A DNA stretch of 64,000 nt. Source: Oculina patagonica. Taxonomy: Eukaryota. This document shows, one piece after another, positions 1-11,263 of the stretch (position 1 is its first letter; each line of letters opens with the position of its first letter). Location of the stretch: assembly GCF_052425735.1 (NCBI RefSeq), contig NC_135763.1, positions 21,080,001-21,144,000 on the forward strand, given 5' to 3'. Both the position numbers and the translations under genes were made by a program. The notes beneath the pieces are model-generated. The model had not been told where the DNA came from, did no database searches, and saw only the letters and a list, made by a program, of their open reading frames with translations.

Positions 1-10
1 CGCTGCTGCC

Positions 11-3000
11 GTGAACCTCCTGAAATTTGCTATGACATGCCACTTTGTGGACGGCGCCAACCCTGCTGAGGATGCCCTTGCGGCAGCCATTGGACCGGTA
101 CTCTGGCAAAATGATGAGCATGTGCTGGCCACCATTTCCTCCCTTGTGCTTGCCCTCTTAGAAGGTCGTACGGACCTTCCAATCAGTGGTGTCTTTGGTG
201 CTGGTAAAACAAGAGCAGCTGCCATCATGGTGGCGGGGCTACTGACTTTCGATCCGACACTGCGCATTCTCATTTTGACCAAAGAAAATACGGCCGCAAA
301 AGCCTTTGCGGATCACTTGATCTCTCTCAGAATGCCTGAACAATTTTATACCAAGATCGGAAGGCTGGTTGGGTACATGGAGCTGAGGAAAAACACTGGA
401 AATAAGACAATGTTAGATCTCCCTGCCGAGCGTCGTACGGATGCTCTGTGGGGAAAACAGATCCTGATTGGGTGTGGAGGGGGATATCAGCAAGAATGCA
501 ATCAGGCTTTCAGCCTGATCCCTGGATGGCTTGACTCCACAGACCTGTCGCTGACCGACGAGAGCCAACAGTATGGGAATTTAGAAGAGACTGCCACTGT
601 GGCCAGAACCCCCAGAACCTGCCTACATGTTTGGATGGGAGATCATCGACAAACTCCAGGTGGCCTTAAGAAAACGGAGGAAGCTTATAGATTTCGCCAG
701 AAATTGCAAACAAGGCCACTGGCGCTCAGGTGTGGCACGACATATGTCCAACCTCATGAATTGAAAGGTATTATTGGTGCACACCTGGATGGCCCAGTGG
801 GTTCTCCTTCGCATTGCTTTCGTGAACTGCTCCTGGGCTCTACCCCACAGGATGATCACTCGTCCTGGGACTGTGTCATGACTCTATGGCAACAGATCTG
901 TGGACATGGTGACCCGTGGCTCAGTACGTCAGTCTGCCTTGGTGCCTTTGCTGTTTTGTGGATGGCCACCCTGGGTGAAGGTGTCACTGATATGACTGCT
1001 CGCACTCTTCGAGCGGCAGCTGGTCTTGAAGGCAAACACCACTGGGGTCTCATTCTCTCGAGCAGTGCCAGGGTCACCCAGCTGACATACGAGACAGTTA
1101 TCGGTGTGAGGTATCCTGAACTTGTCAAACGTGATCAAGGTCGTTGGTCTTTTGGTCGTTTCTTGCCAGGTGAAGCACTCATCATGGGAGGATTCATCCC
1201 CATCCTCTGGGATGTCCCCAAGTCGAACCTGTGTGCGGTTGAGGATGTTGGTGCGCTGGTAGAGTGGGCCAGGGAGCAACCACTGTTTTGCCCCGATAGT
1301 GGCCAAGAGATGGCGGTGCTACACAACCAAAATAAGATGGTGACCCAGTTTGGCATGAGTGCCTGGGTAGCCCAGTCTAACCACAAGGTATATTCCCGCA
1401 GTGTGACTTCCTGTGCTGGCATGACAGCTTTCCTGGTCGTGGTCGCCCAAACCAGAATTGGATTTTTGAGTGGAGGGAGGGGTGCGGGTTTCCTCAGGCT
1501 CCGTCCTGAAGATCAGATCTCGCAAACAGAGGATGCCTATGCCAGAGCCACCGTTGCTCTCACGAGAGCTCAAGCACAAACCATCCTCTTTGGACCCCTG
1601 GACATGAAGGGACTTCCAGGGGCGGCCACCGTCATTGGCAGCCTCGTGTATGGTGTTGGTCACTGCTGGAGAAGCAATATCCAGATGCACTGGAGACATG
1701 GCGATCTTCAGCACAGCGATGCGGATGCCGCTGCGCTTGACAAACTTCGTCAGGCATCGAATGAACCCAACGGAAAATTTCCCCCGCTTGCATTATTGGA
1801 GTGTGTTTTCGACAAGCAGGAGACCACAAACAAGCTGCGACGCCTTCACCTGATCATTGTCGACCTATGGCGACCGTGGAGAATCAACAGAGAACAAGTG
1901 CGGGCGGTGACCAGCTGCCTGCGTCATCGACAGCCTGAACCAAAGGGTTTTGTGAACACTCCCATGGTGCACTCTGGGGGTACGCCCCACCTGCACGAAC
2001 CAAAGCTGCATGAAAGAAGGTTCATCTACGGCTATGGCCTAGATGGTTCTGACTTCCCCTGCTATCTCATGTGGCCTGAACGGGTGGGTAGTGAGCAATC
2101 TGTTGCCCTCCTTGACTCCCAGGCCAACTGGTGGTGTAAGCTCACGGAGGTAGGCTACATGTGTCCTCTGGATCTGCACCACCTGATGGATGCATTCCGA
2201 ATCACTGCAGAACTCTCATCGGCTCATCTCCGTGAGATTGCCGTTCAGCAACTAGGCCTGTTGGAAGAGGAAGTCACAGCCGACTGCCAGGTTAGTATGG
2301 ATGCTGCTCGACGGAAAGGCTGGCCTGTGCATGAGGAACAGCCAGTTGACTTGGTAGCACCGGAAGCGGATGTCCGCAACGTTCCTGAGGATGTAATCAG
2401 TGTCAGAGGGAGCGAAGTTGATGATGCATCTACCGTGACAAGCTCGAACCAGGATGATACAGGAAGTTCTTCTGACTCCTCTGATGATAGTTCCACTACG
2501 GACGAGCCGGCCCCATCAGTTGCATCAGAGGACCATAACATGCTTGTGCAAGCCTATGGTATGACCCAGAACCATTTCACCGTCACACGTCATGCCCTTG
2601 TAGGGGGTAGTGCCACTCTCCACATAATGGATATCTACCCAATGCAGTGGCCCCTTGCCAAGATCAAAATTCCTATTGACTACCTTATCCAACGAGTGGA
2701 GCGCTTACTGACCGGTTTTGCAAATGAGATCTCGGCCACGCAGTGGTACCCTGCAACCTTTGACAGACGGATCAAGTCCTCTGCCAAGTTTTTGACTGAA
2801 CGGATTGCGATATATCTGGCCAAAGAGGTTGCGTCAATCCTGCGACCGGTAGTTTCGCACCCACTCCTGACGCAGTTCGACCCGGATTCCAAGCCCCTTC
2901 TCACTTCCGATTTTTGGGTCATGCCCATCTACAAGGAGCTGTTGTACTCTGGGTCCAGGCCGCTCCAAGATCGCTCCTCGGAGCTGAAGCGTCCTGCCCC

Positions 3001-3184
3001 TGGCTTAGTGAAAATTGTGTGCCAAGCTGAGGCAGGAGATGAGCCGGAGGAACCGGTGGACAACCTCGAAGGGCCCGAGAGTAGGGACGAAACAGTATTT
3101 GAATGCGGTGAGTCCCATCCAATACATGAATGTATGGTTCCCTGCTCATTGGGCTCCGGTTGTCATGGAGGTCCTAGAGACTAA
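11..3184 (+). CDS. Intronless SF1B (Upf1/SETX/DNA2-like) helicase-domain protein; frame is open to the window edge, so the 5' end is probably missing; likely mobile-element encoded
   Basis: Ordered SF1B motifs: I GVFGAGKT, Ia ILILTKENTAA, II TDESQQ, III MGDHRQTPGG, V-like VTSCAGMTAFLVVV, VI TVALTRAQ. Acidic/Ser-rich linker at ~2400-2520. No stop in frame from base 2. Confidence 0.8.
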   Translation: MNLLKFAMTCHFVDGANPAEDALAAAIGPVLWQNDEHVLATISSLVLALLEGRTDLPISGVFGAGKTRAAAIMVAGLLTFDPTLRILILTKENTAAKAFADHLISLRMPEQFYTKIGRLVGYMELRKNTGNKTMLDLPAERRTDALWGKQILIGCGGGYQQECNQAFSLIPGWLDSTDLSLTDESQQYGNLEETATVARTPRTCLHVWMGDHRQTPGGLKKTEEAYRFRQKLQTRPLALRCGTTYVQPHELKGIIGAHLDGPVGSPSHCFRELLLGSTPQDDHSSWDCVMTLWQQICGHGDPWLSTSVCLGAFAVLWMATLGEGVTDMTARTLRAAAGLEGKHHWGLILSSSARVTQLTYETVIGVRYPELVKRDQGRWSFGRFLPGEALIMGGFIPILWDVPKSNLCAVEDVGALVEWAREQPLFCPDSGQEMAVLHNQNKMVTQFGMSAWVAQSNHKVYSRSVTSCAGMTAFLVVVAQTRIGFLSGGRGAGFLRLRPEDQISQTEDAYARATVALTRAQAQTILFGPLDMKGLPGAATVIGSLVYGVGHCWRSNIQMHWRHGDLQHSDADAAALDKLRQASNEPNGKFPPLALLECVFDKQETTNKLRRLHLIIVDLWRPWRINREQVRAVTSCLRHRQPEPKGFVNTPMVHSGGTPHLHEPKLHERRFIYGYGLDGSDFPCYLMWPERVGSEQSVALLDSQANWWCKLTEVGYMCPLDLHHLMDAFRITAELSSAHLREIAVQQLGLLEEEVTADCQVSMDAARRKGWPVHEEQPVDLVAPEADVRNVPEDVISVRGSEVDDASTVTSSNQDDTGSSSDSSDDSSTTDEPAPSVASEDHNMLVQAYGMTQNHFTVTRHALVGGSATLHIMDIYPMQWPLAKIKIPIDYLIQRVERLLTGFANEISATQWYPATFDRRIKSSAKFLTERIAIYLAKEVASILRPVVSHPLLTQFDPDSKPLLTSDFWVMPIYKELLYSGSRPLQDRSSELKRPAPGLVKIVCQAEAGDEPEEPVDNLEGPESRDETVFECGESHPIHECMVPCSLGSGCHGGPRD

Positions 3185-4025
3185 GAATGAGGACTTTCGC
3201 AAGAAATACCCCCGTTGGTTCCCAGAGAGTGGTTCAGCCCGAGCCTCAGGTAGCTACGGACAAAGCAGAGAAAACAGAGAACTAAGTTTCTGCAAAGGAA
3301 GGATGGATAGAGATGAATCGCTGCCCACGTTGACCGGGCGACTAAAAGCGGACTGGATCCACCTACCCGTGGACGATGTGTTGGCCCTCTTTCCCACTGT
3401 GAGAGAAGGCATTTGCATGGGTGTTTTCCGCCAGAAGGCAGCTGCTACTTGGTTTCGACCTAGACCTACCAAACTCCAGGTTACAGTGCTTATTCCTGGG
3501 CCTTTGTCCGTGGATGACTGGCTAGATAAATTAGGCACACTGTCGCATGCCTGGCCACAGCCACATCAGCTGAGGTCCTTGCAGGTCACTCGTGTGTCTG
3601 CTCAGGCTTTTGAAGCGGCTCGTGTGTCTGCTGCTGTCAAACACCTATGGCCGGGGTTAAGGCCCCAATGGACCACCATCTACTCCACCCTGAGGCTTGA
3701 GTGGCCTGGCGTCTATGACCCCAGTGTCTTGCATGGGAAGTTCTTTGACAACGTGGGCCAGTCTGACCACACGCAGGACTCACAGTACCAGGGCAAACAC
3801 TGGTGGTGGGTACTTCAGCGATTTCGGGCCAATCAGTATTTCATGGCGCGAAGACTCACTATCAGCGAACCTTGGGGCTTTGGGTCATGGCAAGCCAATA
3901 TGGTTGAGTTTGAGGATACTCTCAGGCTCGAACGTGCTGAACTTGACTCGTGTGAAGAGGCACGGAAAGCCAACCACCAGTATCGCACTTCGCATGGCAC
4001 CTATCGTATCAAGCGCACCCAGTGA
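3015..4025 (+). CDS. Probable frameshifted C-terminal continuation of the helicase ORF (336 aa, function unknown)
   Basis: Overlaps ORF 11..3184 by 170 nt and has no ATG start. The switch point is a TGTGTG dinucleotide run at ~3016-3021, giving ...GLVKIVC|AKLRQEMSRR... Confidence 0.55.
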   Translation: MCAKLRQEMSRRNRWTTSKGPRVGTKQYLNAVSPIQYMNVWFPAHWAPVVMEVLETKNEDFRKKYPRWFPESGSARASGSYGQSRENRELSFCKGRMDRDESLPTLTGRLKADWIHLPVDDVLALFPTVREGICMGVFRQKAAATWFRPRPTKLQVTVLIPGPLSVDDWLDKLGTLSHAWPQPHQLRSLQVTRVSAQAFEAARVSAAVKHLWPGLRPQWTTIYSTLRLEWPGVYDPSVLHGKFFDNVGQSDHTQDSQYQGKHWWWVLQRFRANQYFMARRLTISEPWGFGSWQANMVEFEDTLRLERAELDSCEEARKANHQYRTSHGTYRIKRTQ

Positions 4026-6337
4026 ACGTTGGCGTCGTGCTGACTCACAGGTGCCAGGTTGCTCTGGCAGCTAGGCAGGAATGCCGTGCGAGCAGGAGCT
4101 AGCTCAAGAAAAAGTGCGTGGGGGTGCAGTGGATGGGATGTGGGTCATTAGGTCCCCCTTTCTTTCTTCACTTTCTCTCAGGGATAATCTGGTCCGTGCC
4201 TTCGCAAACTCGTGGTTTACTTTGTCCACCCCTCTGTCTTCAGTCAGTTAGTGGGCTCTTGCACTGTTTCCAGCAGGGGGATCTCTGCCCCGCGTCATGC
4301 AGAGAGCTTACATAGGGATAGATTTGGGCAAAAGGAAGAGTACCGAGTAGGTCCTGCTTTTTCAGGTTGTGTCATGGGCTTTTCTTGCACGACTGTCATG
4401 ATTTCATGAACCTGGTAGCCGCTGCTTTGGATCGAGCTTTGACCATTGGGAGTCCTCGTTGCAATAGTTGCCTGTCCCCCCCGTTGTTATTAGTTGTTTT
4501 GATTGTTTCGGTTTGATCGTTGGGGGTGTTTGTCGATTTGTTTAATGGTGACTCCGGAATACATCCGGTTTCACTACTGAGCGGCTCTGTCGCACGCTCC
4601 CTCCTCTGATGTCCGATAGTGGCATCCCTGTGGCGACCTTGCGGCAGATGGCAACCGGGCAGTTGTTGCGCGTGGTCCACACTATCTTGACGATTATCGC
4701 TGAGCAAGTGGAAGCTAATCCGCTCAGTCAGGGGAGAGGAGGCACCAGGTACACCCCCTGGATTGTTCGTTGGGCCGACTCTGCTTGGCTCACCTGGTAC
4801 GCCTGACGCTGATGGACCGTGTGTAGATGCTGATTGGGACTGCTAAGGCTTGCTGAACATATTTTTCCCGGGGACATATTGAGTCGACCTGAGGTCAAGC
4901 ATGTTCCTGATTTACTGCCATGTACTACATCTGGCTGTGCTGATTGGATGGCTGGTTGCATTGACCGCAGCCTGTCCGACGGGGATTTGAGAAATACATT
5001 GGTAGCACCATCGGCTCCCCCTCCTCCTCCTCGTCTTTGGCTCACGATGGTTCAGGAGGCTGGAGAAGAAAAGAAGGCGACTGATGGTTTGGCCGCGTGG
5101 AGCGCTGAAGCTACCGAGCTTTGGGGTGATGGGCCTGCACTGTGCTGGCAGCCGGATGGACGGCACCTTCTTCATGGCAGCTGACATGGTTCAGCTTCGT
5201 GCACTTTCGCCATAGAAAGGTTGCGAGTGCTAGGAAACCTGACCTTCAGTTTCTTGAGATGACTCTGACCGGAGGTGTAGGGACCGACTGACTCTCCTTG
5301 TTCTGATCCAGGGTTTACTGTGCTTGTCTATCCTCTGGTTGTTGATGAGATGGTTTGGCCCCCCAAACAACTTGCTTCCTTGGGTGCCTGGGAGGCGAGG
5401 CTTATCACTAAGGGTTGGGTTACCTGTTGACTCCGAGGGTTTTCGATCCAGTGAACCAGGGTAGCCTCTCCTTTAACCACCCTCTGTCTGCTGGTGCTAC
5501 GCTACCAAAGGTGCTGCGATCTTGCCGGTAACGCCTATTGTCAGGGCATTGGTACTGCGTTTGGGCTCGAAGTGATCACCTGAGCGGAGTCGCCCCTGCC
5601 TCAGCGAAGCCACGTTCCGTTGCTAAGGTGGCAAACCACCATCTTGATCCCCCATTGCCTTGGGTTCACCCCCTTGACTTGGACTGACTGGTTGCTTTGT
5701 TGTACATCAACTTGGTACGGGGAGGTTCTTTCCTGTCTCGTGTGTCGCTGCTCAGCTGGAGTTGCCGATGGATTGGGTGGATGGTCGTCCGCTGCAAAAC
5801 CTCACAATGCAGATGCTCTGGAAAATTTTGTTTTTAATCTTTTTGGAGATCGGTCACAAGGCTGGGGCTGGCGGACTCCGCCTCCTACTTCCCCGGTATG
5901 TCCCGATGAAACCAGAGGATCCTGAGGAAGAAGAGCCTGATGATGACAAATTTGTTGGACGAGGTTGGTGCGGATGCGCCCTGTGTCACAAGACGAATCT
6001 GGAGCAGAAACGCCACCTTCCGGAGAATCCTCGTCTTCGAGCCACCCCCTCCTCGTCAACGCCCAGGGTTAGCGGACCCAGCTTGCCTTGGATTGACGTC
6101 AATGATGAACTCGGAATGGCCAGGAGGCCCCTCCGAAATACGACCCTTTTGACCGACCTCGATCAAGAAGCCCTCGAACGAACTAATCCGAGAAGGGGGC
6201 TTGTGGTGTGTTTGTGGTCTCCGCCGTGGCTAACTCCCCTGCAGGGGCCAGGTATTGCAAAGAAGACGGGAGCCAATCAGCTTTGTTGTTGACTTCTGGC
6301 AAGTTTCTTCTTGACCTTCACAGCGCGGGGGCTGGTG

Positions 6338-7240
6338 ATGCCTGAACATCCTCTTCGACTCGATGCCACACCGCCTATCCCTCTTCTCCTTAAGCAAAAT
6401 GCTGTGCTCCTTGGTACATCACAAGGCAAGGCAAAGACGGTCATGTGCCTTGTTGAGCAAGTCACGTGCTCATCCGTCTTTTTGTAGGGGCCATGCGTCA
6501 CTCCAGACGAGCGTATTTCTGCGTGGTGCTGCCAATCCCATCAAGAACATTAGAGCCCACACGAGCCTGCTTGCAGTAGAGCATACTGCCTCTGAGGAAG
6601 ATGGAGCATCAGGATGTTTATTTGGTGTCGGTTCCCACACGCTATCCATTCTCTTGGTGGCCTGACTTTGACACACGTCACGCTTTGCATAGTTAACTTG
6701 GTCTCGTGGTTGTGTTTCCTGGATTGGTTTGTATGCAATTTATCCTGCATCACTATTGCATCCGTGATGGCAAATGGCGCCTGTGTGGAGACGTTCTTGA
6801 CTAGTGCCCTCATACTGTCACAGTGTGTTCTGTTTGATGATTTGATTCCTCCTTTTCAGTGTGACTCATTGTCCAACCGGCATGATTTGTAGGCTTTTGA
6901 CCAATCATTCAGTTACATTCTCGATCGTTTCCAAACCACTGATTGGACTCTTCGAGCTACGGATGCCGATAGCATCAAGGCCATGCCGATACCTTGCATC
7001 CACATCCTCGTCGGAAGTTTGCTGCGTGGAGTTGGCATTGCGCTCGAGCCTCATCATGTCACCGGTGATAAACCGTTTCAAGAAGCAGAAGGAGGTTTGG
7101 CCACGTTTGACACCCACGAGGCTGATGGTGTGCTCGGAGTTGAGATTGAAGAAAATCCACCACCATGGAGACGATCTGATTGCTCTGAGCCACGACCCAG
7201 GGAACCTAGTTCTCCTCCGCCCAAACGGGCCAGAAAATAA
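6338..7240 (+). pseudogene. Decayed reading frame of unknown identity (TE remnant?)
   Basis: One frame runs from MPEHPLRLDA through the listed ORFs 6614..6892 and 6983..7240 (ending PPPKRARK), broken only by scattered in-frame stops. No recognisable domain. Confidence 0.3.
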
Positions 7241-9933
7241 AGTGAAATGCTCATTCTGACGCTTGGTGTCTTTTTGATTTGCACATAACGACTGTGCCAG
7301 ACAAGGTGAAAAGACCTTATAAGTTTCTCTCATAACGCCAGTTGTCAATGAAATCACAAATGATGTCATTGCAGCCCTTGCACTCTTTGAGTTGTCAGGT
7401 ACGCCTGCCGCCCACACGTCTTTGCATCGCTGTGCCGCAACCCTGGGAACATGGGTGTCCATCCGCGATGGTTGGAAACCATGGGACGGTCTCAGGTGTC
7501 CATCCGCGATGGCTGGAAACCATGGGACGGTCCAGGCACGGGCTGAGGCTTTCCGCTTCGATGGCATGAAGGTCAGTTATACGGCTCAACTCTTCTGCCT
7601 CCTGGCATGATTTTGTCACTCCATGGGTCATGGAGCAACATGGCGATGGGTTCTGCTCATCGTCGCTCGGCTTGCCGTTTTTTGTCTGTTGTTTTTTGGC
7701 CCGAGATTCTGCGTCTAGGTGGCAGGCGCTGCCTCAGGAAACACGCTCCGTTGGCAAGTACGGTTGGCTCCTTAAAACGGGCCGCGGGGTGTGTGGTCCT
7801 CGCTCATGCCGATGAGAGATCGATAACCGCACGAAGACCACCACTCCAACGACAGGGATGCGGGTCGTCGGTGATGTGCAAGATGATTGACGAGGTGCAC
7901 TTGGAGGAGACTGATGCGAGTGGGTCTAGAGACCCCCTTGCCGGCAAGTGTTCCTACGCCCTCTTCCTAAGCTGCCTCCACACGAGGGTGCCCTCAGTTC
8001 TGAATGAGCTGCCGGCAAGCCTCATCTGAAGACTCGACAAGAGGGACATGACCAAATGGGTGAGTGGATCCAGCCTTCCCCTGACCCTGTGTGTACTTTA
8101 TCGGAATGCCATACATCTGACGCCCTATGGATGCATCCCCGCTGGAAGGGATGCCTGTCTCGCTCTGCTACTGCATTGGCAAGATCCATAAAAAGATGCA
8201 CTACATGGTAAGGGATACGATGGATGCCTGCATGAAGCGTGCGGGTGTTCACTTGATGTCCTCCGGTGTATAACCGAATGCAACTTCGCCCAGCCATGGT
8301 ACGTGTTTGCCGTGCTTGCTTTTCCCTGCCACCTCGAGGCTGCTGGAATCCCTCCCGAAATCTGATCTTGTAGACCCTGGGGAGAATCCTTGGAGGTGTC
8401 GATTGCTTGGGAGCGGCTTCCTGATGCTAGATGTGCAAGCGTGAAATGTGTAAAAGGTGGTATCTGTGCAAACAGGAGGTTTGGCACTCCCACCTGATCT
8501 GCGGCTTACCATTCACTTTCTTGGTGCATTGGGAAGAATGCGGAGTTTGTGTAGATTGCATCAAGGAGCACTGGCTTTTCAGTCATTGAGGAACATTGGC
8601 TTTTCAGTCATTGGCCTTGTAGAGAGGTAGAAGTCTTGGAAGAGGAAGATGTTCTGGGAGATCGAGGACTGAGTGTTTTTAGGTTGCGCGCCGTTTCACG
8701 TCTCACTTTGTGTTGTACGCTGTACAAGAAACAGGCTACCCAGTTTCCACTCAGTGTGTTTGGTTTTCGGTGTGTGTCTGGTTGGTGTTGCGTTGTTGGT
8801 TTTGCTTGGTTGCTGTTTGTGTTTGTTTTCTTTTGTTGTTTGATTCTGCCTGGTGGAATCGTGGCATTGTGGAAATAAGTTACAAATGGCTTCTAATGGT
8901 GTTGCGATCGGCACAGCTGGGGATGGCGCGTTCGGCTAACGAGGAAAAAAAATCGCGCAAAATGTCAACCCCTCTCCTCCTTGATGAACAACGCTGTTCG
9001 CTGGCTCCGAGCCCAGGCCCCCGCCAGCTCAACGCGACGAAAGGGATAAAGTCTGTTATCCCATCTGGTCCTCATGCCCTTTTTCTGCGGCAACATTCTC
9101 TTCCTCAGTGTGGAATTTATCAAAGCCCGACACAAGCTAAATGAAGAAAAGTCCGTCCAACCCATGCGCAACTCAGTTTCCGCAACAACAAAGCGGAGCT
9201 GCGCATCCCACGACCCTCCATCCCCTTCATGCCAGCTCACAACAGGCACCGCAAGCGGGGTCCAGCTCCCTCCAAACACCTGCCGCTCCACACAACGCCC
9301 CATACTGCTAGAGGGCTTTGAACCCGACCCTCCTAGCATTTCACACCCACCAACCTGCTTCTGCAAAGAGGTCAAAGCCCGAAGAGGCCTGCTCTGAGAC
9401 TCCTGCCTCCCCTGTATCTGGATGGCCTCCCCTTCAGGGCCGCTTTCTCCTGCCCCTCCCAGCCACTCTCTCTACCCGTCGTCCGATCCCCCTTACTGCC
9501 TTTCGCACACTGCAGGGGCCCACCCCATGAACGTGGCTCCTCCTCCGGCTGGTAGCTGCAGGCGTACGCAGAATCAGGAAAGGCAAGCGTTCGGGTCCTT
9601 CCTATGCTGATATTACAAAATGGGCCGCGTGGGGGCACAAAAAAGGCTAAAGCAGGCTAGAAGGGTCAAAAAGGTCTCAACCCTAAAGGCAACAAGGGGC
9701 CAAAAAGGACAAGAAGGGCGCATACGCCGGGCCCATCCTGGAAGGTGGCAGAGGGTCCAGCCAAAGGGGGACTAAAATGACCGATTTTTCCCCATCTCTT
9801 TCTGCCACTTCCTCCTGTTTCAATTCTTTCCACTCCTCCCACCTTGGCTCATCCGTTTCACCGCCTCTTGCCTCTTTTTCCCACCCTTTCTCCTGCCTAC
9901 CCTCACTCTGCTTCCTCTCGCCAACAAGGGACC

Positions 9934-11263
9934 CAGTCGGGTCATTCCGGCCCACTCCGGTCCTTGGCTTCCCCTCTTCGCTACGACCCAGTCGGTCATT
10001 CCGGCCCACCCGGTCTATGGCGTGTTTTTCTCTCTCTCTGCCTCGGGTAGCTTGGGCTCAGTCGGTCATTCCGGCCCACCCTGTCCCCTGCTGCCTCAGT
10101 TTTTGTTTGCACTTTTCTTCTCTCTGCTTCTCCACCACCGCCTTGACTCAGTCGGTCATTCCGGCCCACTCGGTCTTTGGCAACTCCTCGCTCTTCCTTG
10201 CTTCCTTCCTCCCCTTTTCTACAGTTTCCCCAAACCTGAATCTCAGTCGGTCATCCCGGCCCACCTCGGTTCTTGGCATGCCTCTTGTCTGGCTCTCCCA
10301 CTCGCCTTGCCTCCTCTGTCACCATCTTCCCACTCTTCTCCACACGCTCGGACCAATGGGTCTTTCCGGCCCACGGCCTTTTGCAAACTTCCTCTCTCTT
10401 CCTTGCTTCCGCCTTCCTCCCCTCTTTTACCCAAGCCTGGAATCCAGTGGGTCATTCCGGCACACTCGGTTCTTGGCTACCTCCCCACCTTTTGTCCTCT
10501 TCAACCTTCCCTGGACTCCTTGTTATCATGCCACTACCCAGTCGGTCATTCCGGCCCACTCGGTTACTGGCTTCACCTCGGAACATTGCGCGGGGCAAGC
10601 GGTACGGGAACGCCGCGCTGGTGATTGCAAGGTGTGATGCATCCGGCTTGTGTGTCTTTCCCTCCCTTCCCGTCTTTGGGCTTTTCGTTCTCCTTTGTCG
10701 ACTTTGTAGTTTTTGACGGATGTCCGGATGATCTTTCCAAGAACTCACTGCTCTCATTGAATCTGACGCCAACCCCAAATTCCTGGCTTGCCATCTCTGT
10801 TTTGATTGCCCTCACAAAGCGCAAGGTTGTCTGGCCATCCCTGCAGATCACGTCGTTTGCCCCTTGCAAATATACGATAGTGCCTTGTTAGATTCTCAAA
10901 GTCTTGGCCTTGGTCACTGTTGCCATCACTACTTTGGTTTTCCCATTCGGGAATCCGATCTTTTCCACCTAGTACAATCCACCATAACGCCAGCCTTTCC
11001 AAAGGCTTGTTTGATCTGATGCTGTAAAGCCAGCCTGAGCGATCCTATCATGATAGGACTCTTGGGCAAAGAAACGCAAACAAACGGCTTCGACCATGCT
11101 GCGTTGTGGGTCGTGCAAAACGCTTATACAAGCGGATACCTATAGGCCTCTTTGATCCGAACCGGCCGCTCTTCTGAGTCACTTCCCACCGAGTTGTCCT
11201 CCTCCCCACTCCCGCGCCTCCACTTCCTCCCAGCCACACCCCCAGCCGGTCATTCCGGCCCAC
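9934..11263. repeat. Interspersed array of a 21-bp motif, CAGTCGGTCATTCCGGCCCAC (9 copies), with unique pyrimidine-rich spacers
   Basis: Core starts at 9934, 9989, 10059, 10149, 10244, 10354 (degenerate), 10445, 10539 and 11243. Often followed by TCGGTT(C/A)(T/C)TGGC. Confidence 0.9.
10573..11160 (-). pseudogene. Decayed ORF of a large minus-strand element
   Basis: Single frame SDQRGL*VSACISVLHDPQRSMVEAVCLRFFAQESYHDRIAQAGF...GGLY*VEKIGFPNGKTKVVMATVTKAKTLRI*QGTIVYLQGANDVICRDGQTTLRFVRAIKTE..., ~195 codons with three internal stops (TAG, TAG, TAA). Confidence 0.4.

Noticed and set aside
7455-7532. Local ~42-bp tandem duplication (also a short one at ~8573-8612)
   Set aside because: Ordinary slippage in decayed sequence.
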